Part shown: positions 34,675-45,203 of the stretch, piece by piece
Layout of the letters: each line of letters starts with the position of its first letter
How positions within the stretch are numbered: the first letter of the stretch is position 1
Assembly: GCA_964616545.1 (NCBI GenBank)
Contig: CAZTUA010000027.1
Location: 3,163-67,162 of the forward strand
Source: an uncultured Actinomycetota bacterium
GTDB lineage: Bacteria; Actinomycetota; Humimicrobiia; Humimicrobiales; Humimicrobiaceae
Reading direction: 5' to 3'
DNA: 64,000 bases
Made by a program: the position numbers and the translations under genes
Notes under the pieces: model-generated
Databases searched by the model: none
The model's input: the letters and a program-made list of their open reading frames with translations, nothing else
Told to the model about the DNA's origin: nothing

Positions 34675-35208
34675 TTATTTCTCCAGACTCTCTGCTATTT
34701 CGGTCATTTTTTCTTTAACGGCATTAACAACAGCTCTTGAACTCACAGTGGCTCCGGTTATTGCATCTATTTTACCACCCTCGGGCTTCAGGGCAATATC
34801 AGATGCCTGTAGGCCCTTAAACTGGTCGGTAAACGAACTCTCTGTTATCTTCGAGCCAAGTCCCGGGGTTTCGGTATGTGATAGTATTGATATACCCGCA
34901 ATCTCAAAATTCTCATTCAGCCCGGCAAATATCTCTATATTTCCGCCGTAACCGCTCCCCCTGGTTGAAAAACCATAACCTTTTTTTTCACCATCTTCAT
35001 ATATAACATATATTTCATCTTCAATCTCAAAATCCGTCATCCCGGGAAAAATATTTTCAAGAATGCCTTTAACTTCCTCTGCTTTCCTGGTTTCGATTAC
35101 GGAAGAGGTTAGACTATTAACCATCATCAGCAGAGCTACAGAAATCGTAACAACTACTGCCAGAAATATAACAGGATATGCTTTATTTGATAAAAATTTT
35201 TTAAGCAT
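34675..35208 (-). CDS. rnfG: Rnf complex subunit G (FMN-binding)
   Basis: HTETPGLGSKI and IDAITGATVSSRAV (flavinylated Thr context). I prefer the start at 35208, whose ATG overlaps the rnfD stop (ATGCTTAA). Confidence 0.85.
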   Translation of the reverse strand: MLKKFLSNKAYPVIFLAVVVTISVALLMMVNSLTSSVIETRKAEEVKGILENIFPGMTDFEIEDEIYVIYEDGEKKGYGFSTRGSGYGGNIEIFAGLNENFEIAGISILSHTETPGLGSKITESSFTDQFKGLQASDIALKPEGGKIDAITGATVSSRAVVNAVKEKMTEIAESLEK

Positions 35209-36148
35209 TTTTACTCTTCTTATAAAAACCAAATGGCTTTACCCTTACATATTTATCTATAAGAGGGGCAAAAGCATTCATAATAAGTATTGAAAAAGCA
35301 ACTCCTTCGGGCAGGCTGCCAAAATTTCTTATAAGCACTGTCAGTATTCCCAGCCCCAATCCGAATATAACTTTTCCGTTTTTTGTTACCGGTGAAGTCA
35401 CATAATCTGTTGCCATAAAGAATGCGCCTATCAGGAGCCCCCCTGCCATAATCTGGAACAGCACATCTTTTCCCATTATAAAAGAACCCAGTGCCACAGT
35501 TGCTATATAGATTACAGGAATTCTCCAGTCTATTATCCTGAACAATATAAGCAGCAATCCGCCAATCAGTATAAACATTGCTGATGTTTCCCCCAGCGAG
35601 CCTCCGGTGTTCCCAAAAAATAAATCTTTATATAATGCAAGTTTATCCAGCTGATAGGTAAAACTATCACTCAGCGGAGTTGCGCCCGTTATAGCATCAT
35701 AATTAAAATGAGGCGGCAGCACCCAGGCTGTCATCTCTTCAGAAAAGCATACTGATAAAAACGCCCTTCCTGCAAGAGCCGGATTAAAAATGTTGTATCC
35801 CAGTCCGCCAAAAGCTTCTTTTACCACAGCGATTGCAAAAAATGACCCTACAACAGCCATCCATAGCGGTAACCTTGGCGGAAGTGTCAGAGCAAAAAGG
35901 AGTCCTGTTATTACCGCACTCCCATCCATAATAAATCTTTTTCGTCTGAGTTTTTTTATAATAAACTCGGTCAGTACCGCCGTTACTATACTTACAAGTA
36001 TTAAATAAATCGCATAATATCCAAAATAATAAATGCTCGCACCGGCAGGAAATAGAAGAGCCGCTACCACCATATACATTATCTTACTCGTAGAAAAACT
36101 TTTCCATATATGTGGTGAATGAGAAATTAATATTTTATCTTCTTCCAA
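35201..36148 (-). CDS. rnfD: Rnf complex subunit D
   Basis: Polytopic protein with GFNIFNPALAGRAF-like GYNIFNPALAGRAFL and AITGATPL (FMN attachment). Confidence 0.88.
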   Translation of the reverse strand: MEEDKILISHSPHIWKSFSTSKIMYMVVAALLFPAGASIYYFGYYAIYLILVSIVTAVLTEFIIKKLRRKRFIMDGSAVITGLLFALTLPPRLPLWMAVVGSFFAIAVVKEAFGGLGYNIFNPALAGRAFLSVCFSEEMTAWVLPPHFNYDAITGATPLSDSFTYQLDKLALYKDLFFGNTGGSLGETSAMFILIGGLLLILFRIIDWRIPVIYIATVALGSFIMGKDVLFQIMAGGLLIGAFFMATDYVTSPVTKNGKVIFGLGLGILTVLIRNFGSLPEGVAFSILIMNAFAPLIDKYVRVKPFGFYKKSKNA

Positions 36149-36163
36149 TATTCTCCTTTAATG

Positions 36164-37531
36164 CTATTTCTTTTTTGCTTTTTCCGCCAGTGCGCTTTTA
36201 GCGGTTTTTATATATCCCACAATAGGAATATTTGCAGGACAGACATAGGCACATGAACCGCATTCAATACAATTATCTATGTAATAACTTTTGCAATTAT
36301 CATAATCTCCGTTTTTTACGTTCCTGACATATGCCAGAGGCATAAGATTCATGGGGCAAATATTCACGCATCTGCCGCAATTTATACAGTTCTGTTCATC
36401 CTGGATTTTCCTTTTTATAACAAGTACGCAATTTGTTCCTTTGGTTACGGGAAAATCAGTATTTGCAATAGAAATGCCCATCATGGGACCCCCCGTAATT
36501 ATGCTGTTTATTTCATCTCTGTAACCGCCGCACTTTTCAATAAGCGAGCCTATGTTTACGCCAAGTCTTACCTGTAAGTTTTTTGGATTCGTGATTATAC
36601 CCGTCACTGTGACCACTCTTTCTATAAGCGGTTTGCCCTCAATTACAGCTTTATATATTGATTGAGAAGTTGCAACATTATTGACTATAACACCGACATC
36701 CATTGGGAGCCCGCCCATTGGAACAACTCTGCCGGTTATGGTTTTTATCAATGATTTCTCGGCCCCCATTGGATATTGAGACTTTAGTGATACTATCTTA
36801 AACAAATTGCCAAAACCTACCCTTGCTATAAGCTCCTCCAGATTCCTCATGGCATCTTTCTTGTTATCTTCTATTGCTATATAAATATTACCAGGGGAAA
36901 GGATTCTGTTTATGATATAAAGCCCCATTATAACTTCGCTGCCCTTTTCAAGCATAATTCTATGGTCTGAAGTTATAAAAGGCTCGCATTCGCATCCATT
37001 TAAAATGAGCGTATCAATTTTTTTATCCGGGGGCGGGTTTAATTTTACATGAGTGGGAAATGTTGCTCCTCCCAGACCAACAATTCCGGCTTCCCTGATT
37101 TTATCAAGCATTTCCTTTGTATCAATGGAATCTATTATCCGCTTCAGCTCTAAAAAGTTCCCTGATTCTTCAATATCAGACAATTTTGTCAGGCTAACCC
37201 ATGAATCTTTCCCATCAGATTCAATCATGGCAGCATCCATTGTTTTACCGGTAACAGGGTTAACCATTTTTATTATTCTGGTAACTTTTCCTGAAACTGA
37301 AGAATGAATGGGAGCTGATACATAACTTTTTGAGTCGGCTATTTTCTGTCCCGTTTTAACTTCGTCTCCCCTGCCAACCAAAAATTCACATGGGGCACCA
37401 ATACTCTGCTGGAGCGGGAGAATAACTTTTTCAGGTATCGGGAAAGCTTCGATGGATTTTTCGTCAGTGATTTTATTCTCGGGTAGAGAAAGACCCGTAA
37501 ATGCACTTTTCCTCTTAATAATAATATTCAT
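36164..37531 (-). CDS. rnfC: Rnf complex subunit C
   Basis: GIVGLGGATFPTHVK, LILNGCECEPFITSDH, and two C-terminal CxxCxxCxxxCP clusters. Confidence 0.9.
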   Translation of the reverse strand: MNIIIKRKSAFTGLSLPENKITDEKSIEAFPIPEKVILPLQQSIGAPCEFLVGRGDEVKTGQKIADSKSYVSAPIHSSVSGKVTRIIKMVNPVTGKTMDAAMIESDGKDSWVSLTKLSDIEESGNFLELKRIIDSIDTKEMLDKIREAGIVGLGGATFPTHVKLNPPPDKKIDTLILNGCECEPFITSDHRIMLEKGSEVIMGLYIINRILSPGNIYIAIEDNKKDAMRNLEELIARVGFGNLFKIVSLKSQYPMGAEKSLIKTITGRVVPMGGLPMDVGVIVNNVATSQSIYKAVIEGKPLIERVVTVTGIITNPKNLQVRLGVNIGSLIEKCGGYRDEINSIITGGPMMGISIANTDFPVTKGTNCVLVIKRKIQDEQNCINCGRCVNICPMNLMPLAYVRNVKNGDYDNCKSYYIDNCIECGSCAYVCPANIPIVGYIKTAKSALAEKAKKK

Positions 37532-37566
37532 ATTAGATTTAAAAAAAGTAAAACTAAAAAGTAATT

Positions 37567-38628
37567 TTACTTATTATATTCTAAAAGTCCAGAAGATTCA
37601 TGAATTTTACCCTGCGAATCTATTACCAGTGCCTCAATTTCATCAAGCGATTCGATCAGCTTCATCCCATCGCTGGCTCCCATTACGAAAACGGCGGTGG
37701 CAAGGATATCGGCCTCCATACAGCTGCCGGCTATTATTGTTACGCTTTTACAGCCATCTGCAGAATATCCGGTCCTCGGGTTCATTATATGGTGCACCTT
37801 TTTTTCAAGGTCATAATAACGGTGGTATCCTCCGGAAGTCGTCACTGCTCTGTCAGTAACAGAAAAAACCATAACAGGCTCGATATCAGATTCTTCTTTA
37901 TCTTCCCCTGCCACGTCATCCGGGTTTTCCAGCTCAACCGTCCATTTTTCCCCATCGGGCTTTACTCCCATAGTATATAAATCTCCACCTGCGTTAATAA
38001 GACAGGATTCAATTCCGGATTCTTTTATTTTTTCAATTGCTTTATCTACTGCATATCCTTTGGCTATGCCTCCAAACGTAACAGCCATTCCCTCTGTTTT
38101 AAATTCTATTTTACTATCACTGATACTTATTTTATCGGAACCGATTATTTCAAGCGTTTCAGCTATTTTTTGTTCCTGAACTTCTTCACTTTCTTTCCAC
38201 AGCCCGGCGCCCCATAAATCAAGCAGAGGCTGGACAGTTATATCAAAACATCCGCCGGTAATATCATAATAGTCAACCGATGTATTTATAAGATTCAGGA
38301 ATTCAGGTGAAGGGTTATCGATATATCCGTTTTTATTTAAAAACGAAGCTTCACTGTTCTCATCATAAATTGAAGCCATATTTTCAATTTCTTTTATTTT
38401 CTCAAAGGCCGCATTTATTGCATTATTTCCCGTCTCTTTATCTGAATATACGACTATATTTACATAAGTTCCCATCATCTCTCTTGTTTCTTCAATCCTA
38501 TCTATAGTTTTAAATTTGCAGGAACCAAGTGGCAGAAGCATAAAAATAAAAATAAAAAAAATACCTGCAATAGCAAACGACTTTAATTTTCTTCCAGAAA
38601 AAAATTCACTCATGTTCTCCTCCAGCAA
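37567..38628 (-). CDS. apbE: FAD:protein FMN transferase ApbE (lipoprotein)
   Basis: MGTYVNIV, GGIAKGYAVDKA, LINAGGDL, and a lipobox-like LPLGSC. It lies directly upstream of rnfC. Confidence 0.88.
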   Translation of the reverse strand: MLEENMSEFFSGRKLKSFAIAGIFFIFIFMLLPLGSCKFKTIDRIEETREMMGTYVNIVVYSDKETGNNAINAAFEKIKEIENMASIYDENSEASFLNKNGYIDNPSPEFLNLINTSVDYYDITGGCFDITVQPLLDLWGAGLWKESEEVQEQKIAETLEIIGSDKISISDSKIEFKTEGMAVTFGGIAKGYAVDKAIEKIKESGIESCLINAGGDLYTMGVKPDGEKWTVELENPDDVAGEDKEESDIEPVMVFSVTDRAVTTSGGYHRYYDLEKKVHHIMNPRTGYSADGCKSVTIIAGSCMEADILATAVFVMGASDGMKLIESLDEIEALVIDSQGKIHESSGLLEYNK

Positions 38629-38732
38629 TAGATATTAGTTTATTATTATTATCGTTGTTTTTTTCTATTTATCGTTATTGTTTTTTGAAATCTGTTTTAT
38701 AATACTGTTTTAGTTTTTTATATTTAATAGAT

Positions 38733-40106
38733 TTAATAGCCTCTATACAGTCCGTCCTGTAATTTCCTTAGTTTAACAACCTGCGAACCTTCAACCAGTT
38801 TCACATCATTATATTTTATCGGCTGGTCTTTTTGTATATTTTCCTTTAAAATACATCCTTCTGAAATTCCAATGGGCAGCAGATTTTTCTTCCTTGCTTT
38901 TGTGTATTCTTCAATAAGGCCGTAAACCGTATATTTGCCTATACCGTCTATCATTTCTCCTGCACTCAAATCCTTTTTGGCCACAGTTATAACTTCAGAA
39001 ATCATGCCATAATCCGGAGTAATAGTCGGCTCACCATAAAAATATGCCAGAGCGATAGATAACGGAGTTTCAATACTGGTCAGATGATAAGGCCTGTAAA
39101 GTAAATAATATGGGCCTTCGCCCAGGTTTAGATATTTTAGATCGGCTTTTATCATTTTGTTCTCCGTTGAATAGATAAGAAAAACACCAGGGGCAAGATC
39201 TCCTATTGCAAAGTCTACCACTCCTTTTCTGGATAATATGCCGCCGTCAGTTTTCAATCTGAATACATCCAGCAAATCTTTAATATCGGCCTTCGGACCG
39301 TGCATTCCTCTGCAATCCGGCAACAGGCCAGTAGAATTTGAAAGACAGGCCATTTCTACCATTGATTTTGTGCCGTCCACAAAGGAAGTCATCATGGTAG
39401 GGCTCGAACCTTTGCTTTCTGCATAATCTTTTAGTGTGGTAGGATTTGCATAACAGTCAAGCGGATTATTCTTGCCTTTCCCTGCAGCAACTACCTCAAG
39501 ACCGAGCGTGTATGCAAAATTATACAGCTCTTTAAGGGCAGCGGGCTCATCTCCTGCGGATACTGTATACATAACCCCGGCATCATCTGCCATTTTCTTC
39601 AGCACGGGCCCGATAGTAGCGTCTGCCTCTACATTGAGAGTTACTATATTTTTTTTTGATATAATAGCATTTGATACTATAAACGCTCCTGCTTCGGGGC
39701 TCCCCGTTGCATCCACTACAACGTCCACATTATCAAGAACAAAAAGTATTGAAAGATTGTCTGCGACAATCAGCTTATTCTCCGCGGCAAACCTGTTTAT
39801 TGTTTTCCTGGCCTCTTCATCCGGAGTATCATTTTCCAGGATAATTTTAGTTATATTGCTGTGCTCAGAGCTCAACTTTTTACTGCCCTCAACTATTACA
39901 ATTTCGCTTTCATCTATATCCAGTTCTTTCATGATATCCATAATTCTTGACGCATTCCTGTTTACCACTGCAACAACCTGCATTCCATCCAGTTCTCTTA
40001 AATGCGACACAAGTCCTCTGCCCATCTGCCCCACTCCAACTATAGCAATCTTAATGGACTTTCCATCTTTATGGAGATTCCTTAATTTTTTACCGAGTTC
40101 TAGCAT
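38733..40106 (-). CDS. NAD(P)-binding oxidoreductase with a C-terminal SAF domain (COG4091-like, annotated as predicted homoserine dehydrogenase)
   Basis: Rossmann motif IAIVGVGQMGRG. The C-terminal part (AKKDLSAGEMIDGIG...) resembles a SAF domain. Confidence 0.55.
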   Translation of the reverse strand: MLELGKKLRNLHKDGKSIKIAIVGVGQMGRGLVSHLRELDGMQVVAVVNRNASRIMDIMKELDIDESEIVIVEGSKKLSSEHSNITKIILENDTPDEEARKTINRFAAENKLIVADNLSILFVLDNVDVVVDATGSPEAGAFIVSNAIISKKNIVTLNVEADATIGPVLKKMADDAGVMYTVSAGDEPAALKELYNFAYTLGLEVVAAGKGKNNPLDCYANPTTLKDYAESKGSSPTMMTSFVDGTKSMVEMACLSNSTGLLPDCRGMHGPKADIKDLLDVFRLKTDGGILSRKGVVDFAIGDLAPGVFLIYSTENKMIKADLKYLNLGEGPYYLLYRPYHLTSIETPLSIALAYFYGEPTITPDYGMISEVITVAKKDLSAGEMIDGIGKYTVYGLIEEYTKARKKNLLPIGISEGCILKENIQKDQPIKYNDVKLVEGSQVVKLRKLQDGLYRGY

Positions 40107-40222
40107 AAATGCCTCTTAACAGTCCCTTAAGAAAAAAATAATAAAAATAATTTAAAGCAAACAGAAACTATTATATTATATCCCGGTATATCCACAAACA
40201 ATAATTTTCTTTACGTGACACT

Positions 40223-41506
40223 TTATTTAAACGAAATCGATTCAAGCATGACATTAAATAGTTTTTCAGAAAAAACCCTGTGGTGTACATCTGAAATTTT
40301 TATAAACAGGTAAAGCATGTCATTATTTTTTATATAAACCAGATCTATATATATACCGCTTTTATCAACTTCTGGATAATTATAACTTATTTTATCGTAA
40401 TCTATTCCGTCAATTTCTCCGGTGCTTTTTTTTGTCTCAACTTCCATATTATCAGCTGAATCAACAACTTCATTTAATATACTATCTGAAAACTGTGAGT
40501 ATTCTTCTTCCGATGGATAATATCCCTTCTTTAGAACCCTTAATTCAACAGAAGTTTCTATTTTATCAGATAGAGGTACAAATCTAACCACAAGACAGCT
40601 GTCTGACTCTTCCTCATCATATTTCCAGCTATCCGGATAAAGCATCGAAAACCCGTATTCCTCCCTATCATATATATTATTACCGTCAAAAACGGCATCA
40701 GGTATCTCTTCCATTATCACGCTGAAATAATAGCTGCCTTCCAGAACATTATTATGGTATATCTCAATTTTATAATCACCAGCCGGCCATAATTCTTCAC
40801 CGGTTATTTTAAACACAATATAATCGGGAAAATAATAATCATTTTCAATATAAAACTCTTTCTCACCGAGCAGCTCATCCTCACCCCTGTACCACCTCGC
40901 ACTCACAGTTTCACCACTGATACTATAATTCAGCGCTGCAAAAGCATGTACCGCATCGCCGGGATAAAAAATTTCAGTGATTCCGGCAGGCTCACCTGCT
41001 TCATCTATCTCACGTGATAATGTTACACCGGTTATCTCCATAACCGGGGGCATAATTACAAAAAAAGCACTATCTGTTAACTGCCCGTTATAATAAAAAT
41101 CAACACGATAATCTCCCGGCTCCCCTATAATATTCTCCCCTTCTCCGGGAACCACGCAATTTGACAGATATCCCTCGATATAGCCCCTGCTGCTTTCAGA
41201 AAATTTATCTGTGGATTCCGCAATTATCTCTCCTGTATCTTCATTTATCCATACAAATTTCCATATATCGCTGGCTTCTGCACCGGATACTTCTATTACT
41301 GCAAAAATCTCCTGTGTATCAATGTCAAAATTGTTACTGGCATCCACAGGTGCAAAAGTTACAGCATCCACTTTGCTGCATATAACCATTTCACCAAAAC
41401 TTAACTCAGGCCTGCATGATGTGACAGGAGAAACGAACATTAATATAATCATACCGGTCATAATCAATATCAATATTTTTCCGGTGATTTGATTTTTATT
41501 TTTCAT
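40223..41506 (-). CDS. Secreted protein or lipoprotein with internally repeated domains, function unknown
   Basis: Signal peptide ending in SPVTSC. Two similar modules, each about 100 aa (...IFAVIEVSGAE..W.FVW.. and ..AVHAFAALNYSISGE..ARWY..). Confidence 0.5.
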   Translation of the reverse strand: MKNKNQITGKILILIMTGMIILMFVSPVTSCRPELSFGEMVICSKVDAVTFAPVDASNNFDIDTQEIFAVIEVSGAEASDIWKFVWINEDTGEIIAESTDKFSESSRGYIEGYLSNCVVPGEGENIIGEPGDYRVDFYYNGQLTDSAFFVIMPPVMEITGVTLSREIDEAGEPAGITEIFYPGDAVHAFAALNYSISGETVSARWYRGEDELLGEKEFYIENDYYFPDYIVFKITGEELWPAGDYKIEIYHNNVLEGSYYFSVIMEEIPDAVFDGNNIYDREEYGFSMLYPDSWKYDEEESDSCLVVRFVPLSDKIETSVELRVLKKGYYPSEEEYSQFSDSILNEVVDSADNMEVETKKSTGEIDGIDYDKISYNYPEVDKSGIYIDLVYIKNNDMLYLFIKISDVHHRVFSEKLFNVMLESISFK

Positions 41507-41530
41507 TTTTTAAGAAGATATTTAAGAATA

Positions 41531-43480
41531 TTAATTAATATTAATAACAACGGGCAGATGGTCCGAAGCAGTGCTGTAAGGTACCTCTGCATCTGATATC
41601 TCCAGGTCATCGGTTACCCAGATATAATCTATTCTTCTAAAAGGTTCATAGTGTACCCAGGTCAGCGTATCTCCTTTTCCCAGCTGCAGCTGCGAGTCTA
41701 TAAATCCGGCATCATGCATCTTTTTAATTTCCGCATCATCCGTCTCTGCATTAAAATCTCCCGTTATAGCGGTTCTTTCCAACCCGTCCCACTCTTCCAG
41801 AAGGCTATCTATCTGCTCTTCCCTTATCCGGCTTTCATCTTTTATATGATGAAGATGCACGCACATTACATTTATATTTTCTCCACCTTCAATTTCCACT
41901 TCAGCAATCAGGAAACTTCTGCGCAGCGGTGCACCCAGTCTTGGTAAAAATCCGCTTTTAACCAATTTTAACGGATACCGGCTCAAAATAGCGTTACCCC
42001 ATACATCATCCGACGCAGGCATGAACAGATAATTCATATTGAGCCTATCTGATAGCCATGAGAGGTTGTCTGCCGAGCCGTTTATTAACCACCCCCTGGA
42101 GACCTCCTGAAGGCATGCTACATCAGCTCCGCTTCTTTCAATAACTCTGGCAATACTCTCAAGATCAAGGTAGCCCTTTATATTAAATCCCTGGTGAATG
42201 TTATAATTTATAAGCCTTACAGGACCATCTTTTATTCTGACGCTGTCAGTATTTTTGGGCGGAATAAACATAATGAGGGGAATCACAAGCAGCACAGCCG
42301 CAAGATAAAGAAATACAGGTTTTCTGGATGCATATTCCCCGTTTCTGCTCCTGTCTCCAGCAGCTGCATCCCCTTTTTTATTGAGACAGGATGAAAATAT
42401 GGCGCAGACAGCTATAAAAACAGCCGGCACAACCGGAATTATCCAGTTTTCGAAAGGCAGGACCAGATCATAGCTTCCATAATATACAAAGGCAAAGATA
42501 AAAAATATTACCCCGCTGATACCGGTTGCCCATGTATTTTTCCAGGGTATTCCGGGAACTGATACAACCGTTGCTTTATCCATAATGATAGCAAGCATCC
42601 AGAAAGCTCCTATATTCCCCAGTACAACCTGCATAATATATAAATTTCCTCCGGCACCAGGCCAGAAAGATATCAGCACAAACAATGCACTTAGAATAAC
42701 CAGCGGTATCCTCGCCTTTTTAAAATTGAGAAGGTATGTAAATCCAAAAGCTGCAATATTTGAGGTTATTATTATAGCCAGGGAAACACTCAGCTTCCTG
42801 CCGGTAACCGCATTAAACGCAGCTACATTCTGAAATTTTAATAGCTGGAGAAAAATAAAGGGCATAAAGGCAGTTAATGTATAATAGACAGTTTTACTTC
42901 CGTCAGACGGCCTGGTTTCCTTTAAACCACGAGAAATTTTATAAACCAGCCACAATTTTAATACTATAATAAGAATAATAATAAAAGTTAAATACCAGTC
43001 CTGTCTCCATATCATGTCCCAGGTCCCAAAAAGGCCGTGCACCGCAGTTGTAATAGTTATCCCGAAAATAATGCCGGGAAAAAATGAAGATAGAAGATAT
43101 TGTTTTTTCTGCTGTGCAAGCGATACAAAAAAAATAAAGCCCGCCATCCAGAAAATGGTTCCCACCGCTGATACTGCAAGGCTTAAGGGTGCCCATGGGT
43201 TTACCTGAAGCAGTAATCTTGCGATACACAAACCTGCTGCAAGAACCCATAGCGCTATTTCATATCTTAACCTGAATAGAAAACCTGTCGCAAAAACCAG
43301 CAAAAATGTTACCAGTGCATAAATAGCAACTTCGGTAAGAGACACAGCGGGACGCTCTCTTAAGAAATTTACAAGGAGAGAAAGAAATGTCTTGAGAATA
43401 TCCAGCCCAAAAAAAGTGCCTGTAGCTATAACCAGAAAATAGAGCCATCCCGGATTTTTTAAAGATATTACTTTTCTCAT
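41531..43480 (-). CDS. Polytopic membrane domain (about 12 TM) fused to an endonuclease/exonuclease/phosphatase (EEP) domain
   Basis: C-terminal EEP motifs INYNIHQG, DVACLQEV, TGDFNAE, SDHLPVV. The N-terminal ~400 aa are strongly hydrophobic. Confidence 0.7.
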   Translation of the reverse strand: MRKVISLKNPGWLYFLVIATGTFFGLDILKTFLSLLVNFLRERPAVSLTEVAIYALVTFLLVFATGFLFRLRYEIALWVLAAGLCIARLLLQVNPWAPLSLAVSAVGTIFWMAGFIFFVSLAQQKKQYLLSSFFPGIIFGITITTAVHGLFGTWDMIWRQDWYLTFIIILIIVLKLWLVYKISRGLKETRPSDGSKTVYYTLTAFMPFIFLQLLKFQNVAAFNAVTGRKLSVSLAIIITSNIAAFGFTYLLNFKKARIPLVILSALFVLISFWPGAGGNLYIMQVVLGNIGAFWMLAIIMDKATVVSVPGIPWKNTWATGISGVIFFIFAFVYYGSYDLVLPFENWIIPVVPAVFIAVCAIFSSCLNKKGDAAAGDRSRNGEYASRKPVFLYLAAVLLVIPLIMFIPPKNTDSVRIKDGPVRLINYNIHQGFNIKGYLDLESIARVIERSGADVACLQEVSRGWLINGSADNLSWLSDRLNMNYLFMPASDDVWGNAILSRYPLKLVKSGFLPRLGAPLRRSFLIAEVEIEGGENINVMCVHLHHIKDESRIREEQIDSLLEEWDGLERTAITGDFNAETDDAEIKKMHDAGFIDSQLQLGKGDTLTWVHYEPFRRIDYIWVTDDLEISDAEVPYSTASDHLPVVININ

Positions 43481-43530
43481 AATTTATACATTATAATCAA
43501 TAATATTTCGTTTATCCATTTCTAAAAGGA

Positions 43531-43878
43531 CTATGAAGGCTGTCCCTTATTTGGCACCACGCATATTATGCTCATCCCGTTTTCTCCTGCCTGGAACTGA
43601 TGCAATTCGGAAGGCTCCACATAAATGAAATCATCTTTTTCTACTTCAATCTTCTCGTTATCTTTAATTGCGATTCCCCCGCCATCTATAATATATATTT
43701 CATGTTCCCAGTCATGCCTGTGCTTCGGGGTACAACCACCCGGGCCTATTTCAAAAAGTCTCATAGCAAAGGTGGGCGTTCCGTCCTTTGCCGTTAGCAT
43801 TGGATAAAATTTAACACTTCTAAATCCGTCATCATCCCTGACAGCAGGGTTGAAATCTTTTTTCTTTTTTATAATCAT
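43531..43878 (-). CDS. Cupin-domain protein
   Basis: GGCTPKHRHDWEHEIYIIDGGG is the cupin motif 1 context. I prefer the start at the ATG at 43878 (GAAGGAG upstream). Confidence 0.7.
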   Translation of the reverse strand: MIIKKKKDFNPAVRDDDGFRSVKFYPMLTAKDGTPTFAMRLFEIGPGGCTPKHRHDWEHEIYIIDGGGIAIKDNEKIEVEKDDFIYVEPSELHQFQAGENGMSIICVVPNKGQPS

Positions 43879-44066
43879 CCGTGCTCCTTCTGTAATGCTT
43901 TTTAAATCCATCCAGATTTTAAAATAAAAGAATATAACTTCCATTAGATTTTATAATTTAATGGATTAAAAAACTATGGAAAAATTTAATCAAATGAAAA
44001 AATTACCGTAATTTTCTGGATTAATTATAATACATTTCTATAAATTATTCCGGCATCAGAACCCGG

Positions 44067-45113
44067 TTACTCAAGCCCGCTGATTATATCACTCAGCCTG
44101 GCCTCAGCATATGCTATACTGGTATCAGCCGCACCGTAATATATCTTTACCCTGTTCTCTTCGTACAAAACACCACAGGTAAAAACTACTCCCCCGAAAA
44201 ACCCGCCAAGCTCATAATCCTTTTCGGGCTCGATTAACGGCACTCTGCTTCTGGATAATACCTTCCGGGGCTCTTCGTAATCCAGCAATACCGCTCCAAG
44301 GCAGTACCGGTTATTCTCTGATGCGCCGTGATAGATTTCAATCCAGCCATCCTCTGTCCTGAAGGGTACAGCTCCGCCTCCTATCCTTGAACTGTCCCAG
44401 TGCCCTTTTCTTGTACCCATCAGTTTTGTATGACTGCCCCAGCATATAAGGTCGTCAGATTCGGATATCCACATATCCTTTAAATCAAATTCACCGGATA
44501 CGGGCCGGCTCAGAGCATAGTATTTACCCTTTATCTTTTCCGGGAAAATTATCACATCTTTGTTATCCGGCAAAAAAATTACACCGTGTCTCTCAAATGA
44601 CCTGAAGTCAGACGTTGATGCAAGACAGGTAGTTATCCCGGTTATATCCGACACCGCACTGTAGCTTATATAATACTTTCCTTCTATGCATGTTATCCTC
44701 GGGTCCTCAAGGCCATACCTCTCATATTCATTTTCGGGAAATAAAGCAGGTTTTCCATCTATATTAAAATCAATGCCGTTTTTACTTCTGGCAATTCTTA
44801 GATGAGAAATTGAGGTAAGATAATTGCCGGAGACAGTTCTTAAAAATCTCGGATCAGAAAAATCAATTGATTTATTGTTTTTATCAAATTTTTTAACCGA
44901 AATTTTGCCAGTTTTTAAATCCAGATGAGGTACCTGTATTTCTCCATTATTCTCACCAGACAGGTTTTCTGCAACTCTCAAAAGGAGAATAATCTCATTT
45001 TTAAAACGCGTTACACCGCAGTTAAAAACACCCGCCACTCTGAAATCATCTCTTGAAGGCTCGACATCTTCAGGTTTTATTACTGGATTTTTTTCGGACC
45101 TTAATATAACCAT
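44067..45113 (-). CDS. GH130-family glycosidase or beta-mannoside phosphorylase
   Basis: NPVIKPEDV...VAGVFNCGV...EIILLLRVAE, GLEDPRIT and YYGAADTSIA are typical GH130 five-bladed propeller blocks. Confidence 0.75.
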   Translation of the reverse strand: MVILRSEKNPVIKPEDVEPSRDDFRVAGVFNCGVTRFKNEIILLLRVAENLSGENNGEIQVPHLDLKTGKISVKKFDKNNKSIDFSDPRFLRTVSGNYLTSISHLRIARSKNGIDFNIDGKPALFPENEYERYGLEDPRITCIEGKYYISYSAVSDITGITTCLASTSDFRSFERHGVIFLPDNKDVIIFPEKIKGKYYALSRPVSGEFDLKDMWISESDDLICWGSHTKLMGTRKGHWDSSRIGGGAVPFRTEDGWIEIYHGASENNRYCLGAVLLDYEEPRKVLSRSRVPLIEPEKDYELGGFFGGVVFTCGVLYEENRVKIYYGAADTSIAYAEARLSDIISGLE

Positions 45114-45203
45114 ATTCCTAAATATTCGCCGGTATCTGATATTGATTATTGCATGACTATATAATAAAGCAGGGCTTATAAAAATATATAAAAATATTTT
45201 TAA

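Noticed and set aside
39472-40119. A 215-aa plus-strand ORF antisense to the SAF-domain oxidoreductase gene. Similar long antisense ORFs lie at 56964-57497, 62247-62780, 18787-19272, 14725-15210, 4098-4526 and 1492-1911.
   Set aside because: All lie fully inside well-supported genes on the other strand. Their translations are Ser/Ile/Phe/Leu-rich and low in complexity, they have no motifs and no SD. These are typical shadow ORFs of AT-rich coding DNA.
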